In this document: positions 44,426 through 64,000 of the stretch, one piece after another
Numbering within the stretch: position 1 is the first letter of the stretch
How the letters are laid out: each line of letters starts with the position of its first letter
Source of the DNA: Amoebidium appalachense
Lineage: Eukaryota > Protista > Ichthyosporea
Assembly: GCA_963693365.1 (NCBI GenBank)
Contig: CAVNZM010000007.1
Coordinates: 6,941,962-7,005,961 of the forward strand
DNA: 64,000 nucleotides
Direction: 5' to 3'
Translations under genes and position numbers: made by a program
Notes under the pieces: generated by a model
Databases searched by the model: none
The model's input: only the letters and a program-made list of their open reading frames with translations
Told to the model about the DNA's origin: nothing

Positions 44426-61010
<16,585 letters not shown>

Positions 61011-61169
61011 CTATGGGGCCACCATTACATGTAAATTATTACAGCGTGCACACGTCAGCTCGCTCGCGCGTAGAACCTACGTACGTGTAGCCTGCAAGGT
61101 TTGAACATGTGTCAGTAATCGTACATCAACATTATGTTGGCTTCGAGCAGCTTCTAGCGGCAAGGAGTC

Positions 61170-64000
<2,831 letters not shown>

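Overview
Eukaryotic genomic DNA with GT-AG introns, most likely an opisthokont; a syntenin-like gene suggests a unicellular holozoan (inference). Introns are saturated with (CA/TG)n, (GA)n and 20-60 nt poly-C/poly-G tracts, so nearly all ORF-track calls (HTHT, CVCV, poly-P/G) are artefacts. I assembled real genes by hand from phase-compatible exons. Left third, three conserved genes: the 3' part of a syntenin-like tandem-PDZ gene (+, ends 4210), an OXR1/NCOA7-type TLDc gene (-, 16741-6947) and a complete six-exon Hikeshi/OPI10 gene (+, 18560-23015). Right 40 kb, an unrecognised cluster arranged as a gene-level mirror image: A(-) B(+) ... E(-) F(+). A and F are diverged paralogues, B and E are diverged paralogues, and each pair is head-to-head. 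A ends in a PWWP/Tudor-like domain. E is very large (16 kb, or 27 kb if continuous with the downstream exon set C) and carries TDBD/SAND-like and Cys/His motifs; C carries a C2H2 finger, and both have internally duplicated exons. Also present: a 15-copy array of a 72-bp unit spaced by poly-G, a 330-bp hAT-like MITE, and many local duplications next to splice sites. No transposase, RNA gene or CRISPR was recognised. Homopolymer lengths may be sequencing-unreliable, and all homologies were judged by eye.
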